Source of the DNA: a virus
Taxonomy: Duplodnaviria > Caudoviricetes
Length of the DNA stretch: 64,000 nt
Direction: 5' to 3' (one strand)
IMG/VR virus record: IMGVR_UViG_3300017791_000077
Span: 6,058-70,057 of that record
Below, piece after piece: positions 62,606 to 64,000 of the stretch. The notes below the pieces were generated by a model. That model was not told the origin of the DNA. It was given only the letters and a program-made list of their open reading frames with translations, and did no database searches. Position numbers and translations under genes: made by a program. Position 1 is the first letter of the stretch. Each line of letters starts with the position of its first letter.

Positions 62606-62931
62606 GGCCGAACTCCCAAAGATTCGTGTCTTGTGGTGCAGCCGTCCCTGCGTAAGCGCGTCTCCTTCGCTCCTAGATTTCCGTTCTCGCTTCCGAATTT
62701 CCAGAGAGAAAAATCCCTCCTCGCACGCTTTCAAACTTTCCCGGCATGGAAAAATTGAATGCGAAAACTTTGCGGTTTGTGGTGTTCCCGTCCCGCTCGC
62801 AATCGTGTCCCCGCCAATAGATTTTTGCTGTGTTGCTGAGGGGAGTTGAGTTCGCCGCAGATGCGGGAAAGCCGCGAGGTTCCCGGCCAGATCAAGCTAC
62901 GTCTCTGGTTGCACATCTGCGGTTTTTGGTG

Positions 62932-62964
62932 TTGCAAATGTCACGACAATAAGCATAATCTAGG
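62932..62964 (+). promoter_or_regulatory. Promoter/operator 1 (TTGCAA-a-TGTCACGACA...CATAATCTAGG)
   Basis: -35/-10-like boxes with a quasi-palindrome in the spacer; near-duplicate at 63229. Confidence 0.6.
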
Positions 62965-62973
62965 GAGAGGCCC

Positions 62974-63189
62974 GTGGCAATCGAGGCAAACGTGAAAATG
63001 TTGACGACGACTGATGTGGCTGGACTGCTGGGCGTGAAGCCCGACACGGTGCGAAAGTATGTGCAACGAAAGCAAATCGTTCCGTTCCGCATGATCGGAA
63101 CCGCGCACCTGTTCAAAGAATCCGAGTGCAAGCGATTCGCCCGCGTGCGCCGCAAACGCGGAAACCCGCAGTTTTCCAACGGGAAATAG
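62974..63189 (+). CDS. Excisionase-like/MerR-type HTH (HTH_17) protein
   Basis: LTTTDVAGLLGVKPDTVRKYV....I...MIG..HLF; divergent from the integrase. Confidence 0.85.
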   Translation: MAIEANVKMLTTTDVAGLLGVKPDTVRKYVQRKQIVPFRMIGTAHLFKESECKRFARVRRKRGNPQFSNGK

Positions 63190-63228
63190 CGAGTTTTTAC
63201 AAATCCCGAAAATTCCGGGATTTTACTA

Positions 63229-63259
63229 TTGCAATTGTCACGACTATCGGTAATCTAGG
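63229..63259 (+). promoter_or_regulatory. Promoter/operator 2 (TTGCAA-t-TGTCACGACT...TAATCTAGG)
   Basis: Near-duplicate of 62932-62964. Confidence 0.55.
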
Positions 63260-63384
63260 CGTGCGTTGACTGACGGCTGCAAACCGGCTGGCAACGAAAG
63301 AATGACGTAGCAACCTCTTGGCTCTCTCTGAGCCCGGTTGCCAAACCCGGAACGAATCCCCAGCACTTCGCATGGAGGCACGCA

Positions 63385-63675
63385 ATGGGCGTTTTCTTTT
63401 GCCTGCGGATCGTTGACGACCCCCGCGCAGAGTCTTGGAGGTGGGACGACAGGGAGGAATGCTTCGTTCTCTTTCAAGAGCAGCTTCCACGCCGCGTCCA
63501 GAATCACTGCTTCCCGCACGACCTCACCCGCTCTGAAAAGGGCGAGATCGTGCGCGTCGGGGCGCTGGAGCACGACCATGCCTACCTGTACAGAGTGAGT
63601 CCCGACGGCGCGGAACATTGCGTTGCGGTGTGCGATCAGGGGTGTCTGCCAGTTCCATTCCACGAGGAGTTTTAG
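63385..63675 (+). CDS. Hypothetical protein
   Basis: RBS GGAGG; 96 aa. Confidence 0.7.
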   Translation: MGVFFCLRIVDDPRAESWRWDDREECFVLFQEQLPRRVQNHCFPHDLTRSEKGEIVRVGALEHDHAYLYRVSPDGAEHCVAVCDQGCLPVPFHEEF

Positions 63676-63720
63676 AGAGCCGGTCGGGCAGCTTAGTACC
63701 CCTGCCCGGCCTTTTCGACG

Positions 63721-63754
63721 CTCCCGCGGTCATGGCCCGGCCGCGGGAGTTTTT
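63721..63754 (+). terminator. Intrinsic terminator
   Basis: CTCCCGCGG/CCGCGGGAG followed by TTTTT. Confidence 0.65.
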
Positions 63755-63773
63755 GACGAACGCAAGGAGAGCG

Positions 63774-64000
63774 ATGAAGCACGAAATCAAACATCTGGAC
63801 GGCAGGATTCTGTTCACGCACGACGGCGAGTGCTTTCGTGAATGCGTAGTCGCGGCGGTGAAGTACGGGGCGAACCTCTCCGGGGCGAACCTCTCCGGGG
63901 CGAACCTCTCCGGGGCGAACCTCTACGGGGCGAACCTCTCCGGGGCGAACCTCTCCGGGGCGAACCTCTCCGGGGCGAACCTCTACGGGGCGAACCTCTA
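63774..64000 (+). CDS. Pentapeptide-repeat protein (3'-truncated by window)
   Basis: RBS AAGGAGAG; [10 protein letters not shown]...[10 protein letters not shown] repeats. Confidence 0.9.
   Translation, partial: MKHEIKHLDGRILFTHDGECFRECVVAAVKYGANLSGANLSGANLSGANLYGANLSGANLSGANLSGANLYGANL
63867..64000 (+). repeat. 15-bp tandem repeat GGGGCGAACCTCT(C/A)C, at least 9 units
   Basis: Units encode S,S,S,Y,S,S,S,Y,(Y) at the fifth position. Confidence 0.97.

Larger units (their letters stand above)
1..64000. mobile_element. Temperate tailed (podovirus-like) bacteriophage genome segment
   Basis: TerL, portal, capsid, tail adaptor/nozzle, integrase, RusA; dense small ORFs with ATGA/TAATG overlaps; no host housekeeping genes. 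Confidence 0.95.

Noticed and set aside
62735-62973. attP core matching a tRNA 3' end
   Set aside because: No GGTTCGA/CCA-like tRNA fragment visible; att cannot be placed without a host sequence
63867-64000. CRISPR array or DGR repeat
   Set aside because: Contiguous 15-bp coding repeats with no spacers; no reverse transcriptase or cas genes in the window
1-64000. Stop-codon reassignment
   Set aside because: Long genes (TerL, portal, 1089-aa protein, Ro60) are intact under code 11, and TAA, TAG and TGA all serve as coupled stops

Overview
The whole window is phage DNA: a GC-rich, temperate, podovirus-like tailed phage, probably infecting Planctomycetota (inferred from a DUF1580-like HTH, a CsrA-like gene and a trypsin-collagen gene; not verified by search). 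Layout: (1) 1-10.3 kb, + strand replication/recombination/middle genes (helicase C-terminus, PAPS-reductase-like, RusA, many small Zn-finger proteins); (2) 10.3-22.4 kb, + strand late-like module (holin-like membrane proteins, secreted thioredoxin-like protein, anchored trypsin-like protease with collagen repeats, Gly-rich and Thr-rich fibre-like proteins), ending in a Ro60/TROVE gene preceded by a Y-RNA-like rod; (3) 22.3-49.5 kb, - strand morphogenesis module (scaffold, major capsid, glycosyltransferase-methyltransferase fusion, TerL, portal, tail adaptor/nozzle, ejection proteins), interrupted by two HNH-type endonucleases and a small + strand moron; (4) 49.6-57.3 kb, nucleotide metabolism genes and structured non-coding elements; (5) 57.9-64 kb, early-like genes marked by a repeated GGAACTTGCC motif, a clamp-loader-like AAA+ protein, a tyrosine integrase, an excisionase-like HTH and a pentapeptide-repeat gene. 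No CRISPR array, rRNA or canonical tRNA was found. All product calls are from motif recognition by eye, with no database searches. The strongest leads are the Ro60 plus Y-like RNA pair, the GGAACTTGCC sense/antisense regulatory architecture, a possible protease-based lysis cassette with no recognisable endolysin, and a tRNA-like structured RNA at about 55 kb.
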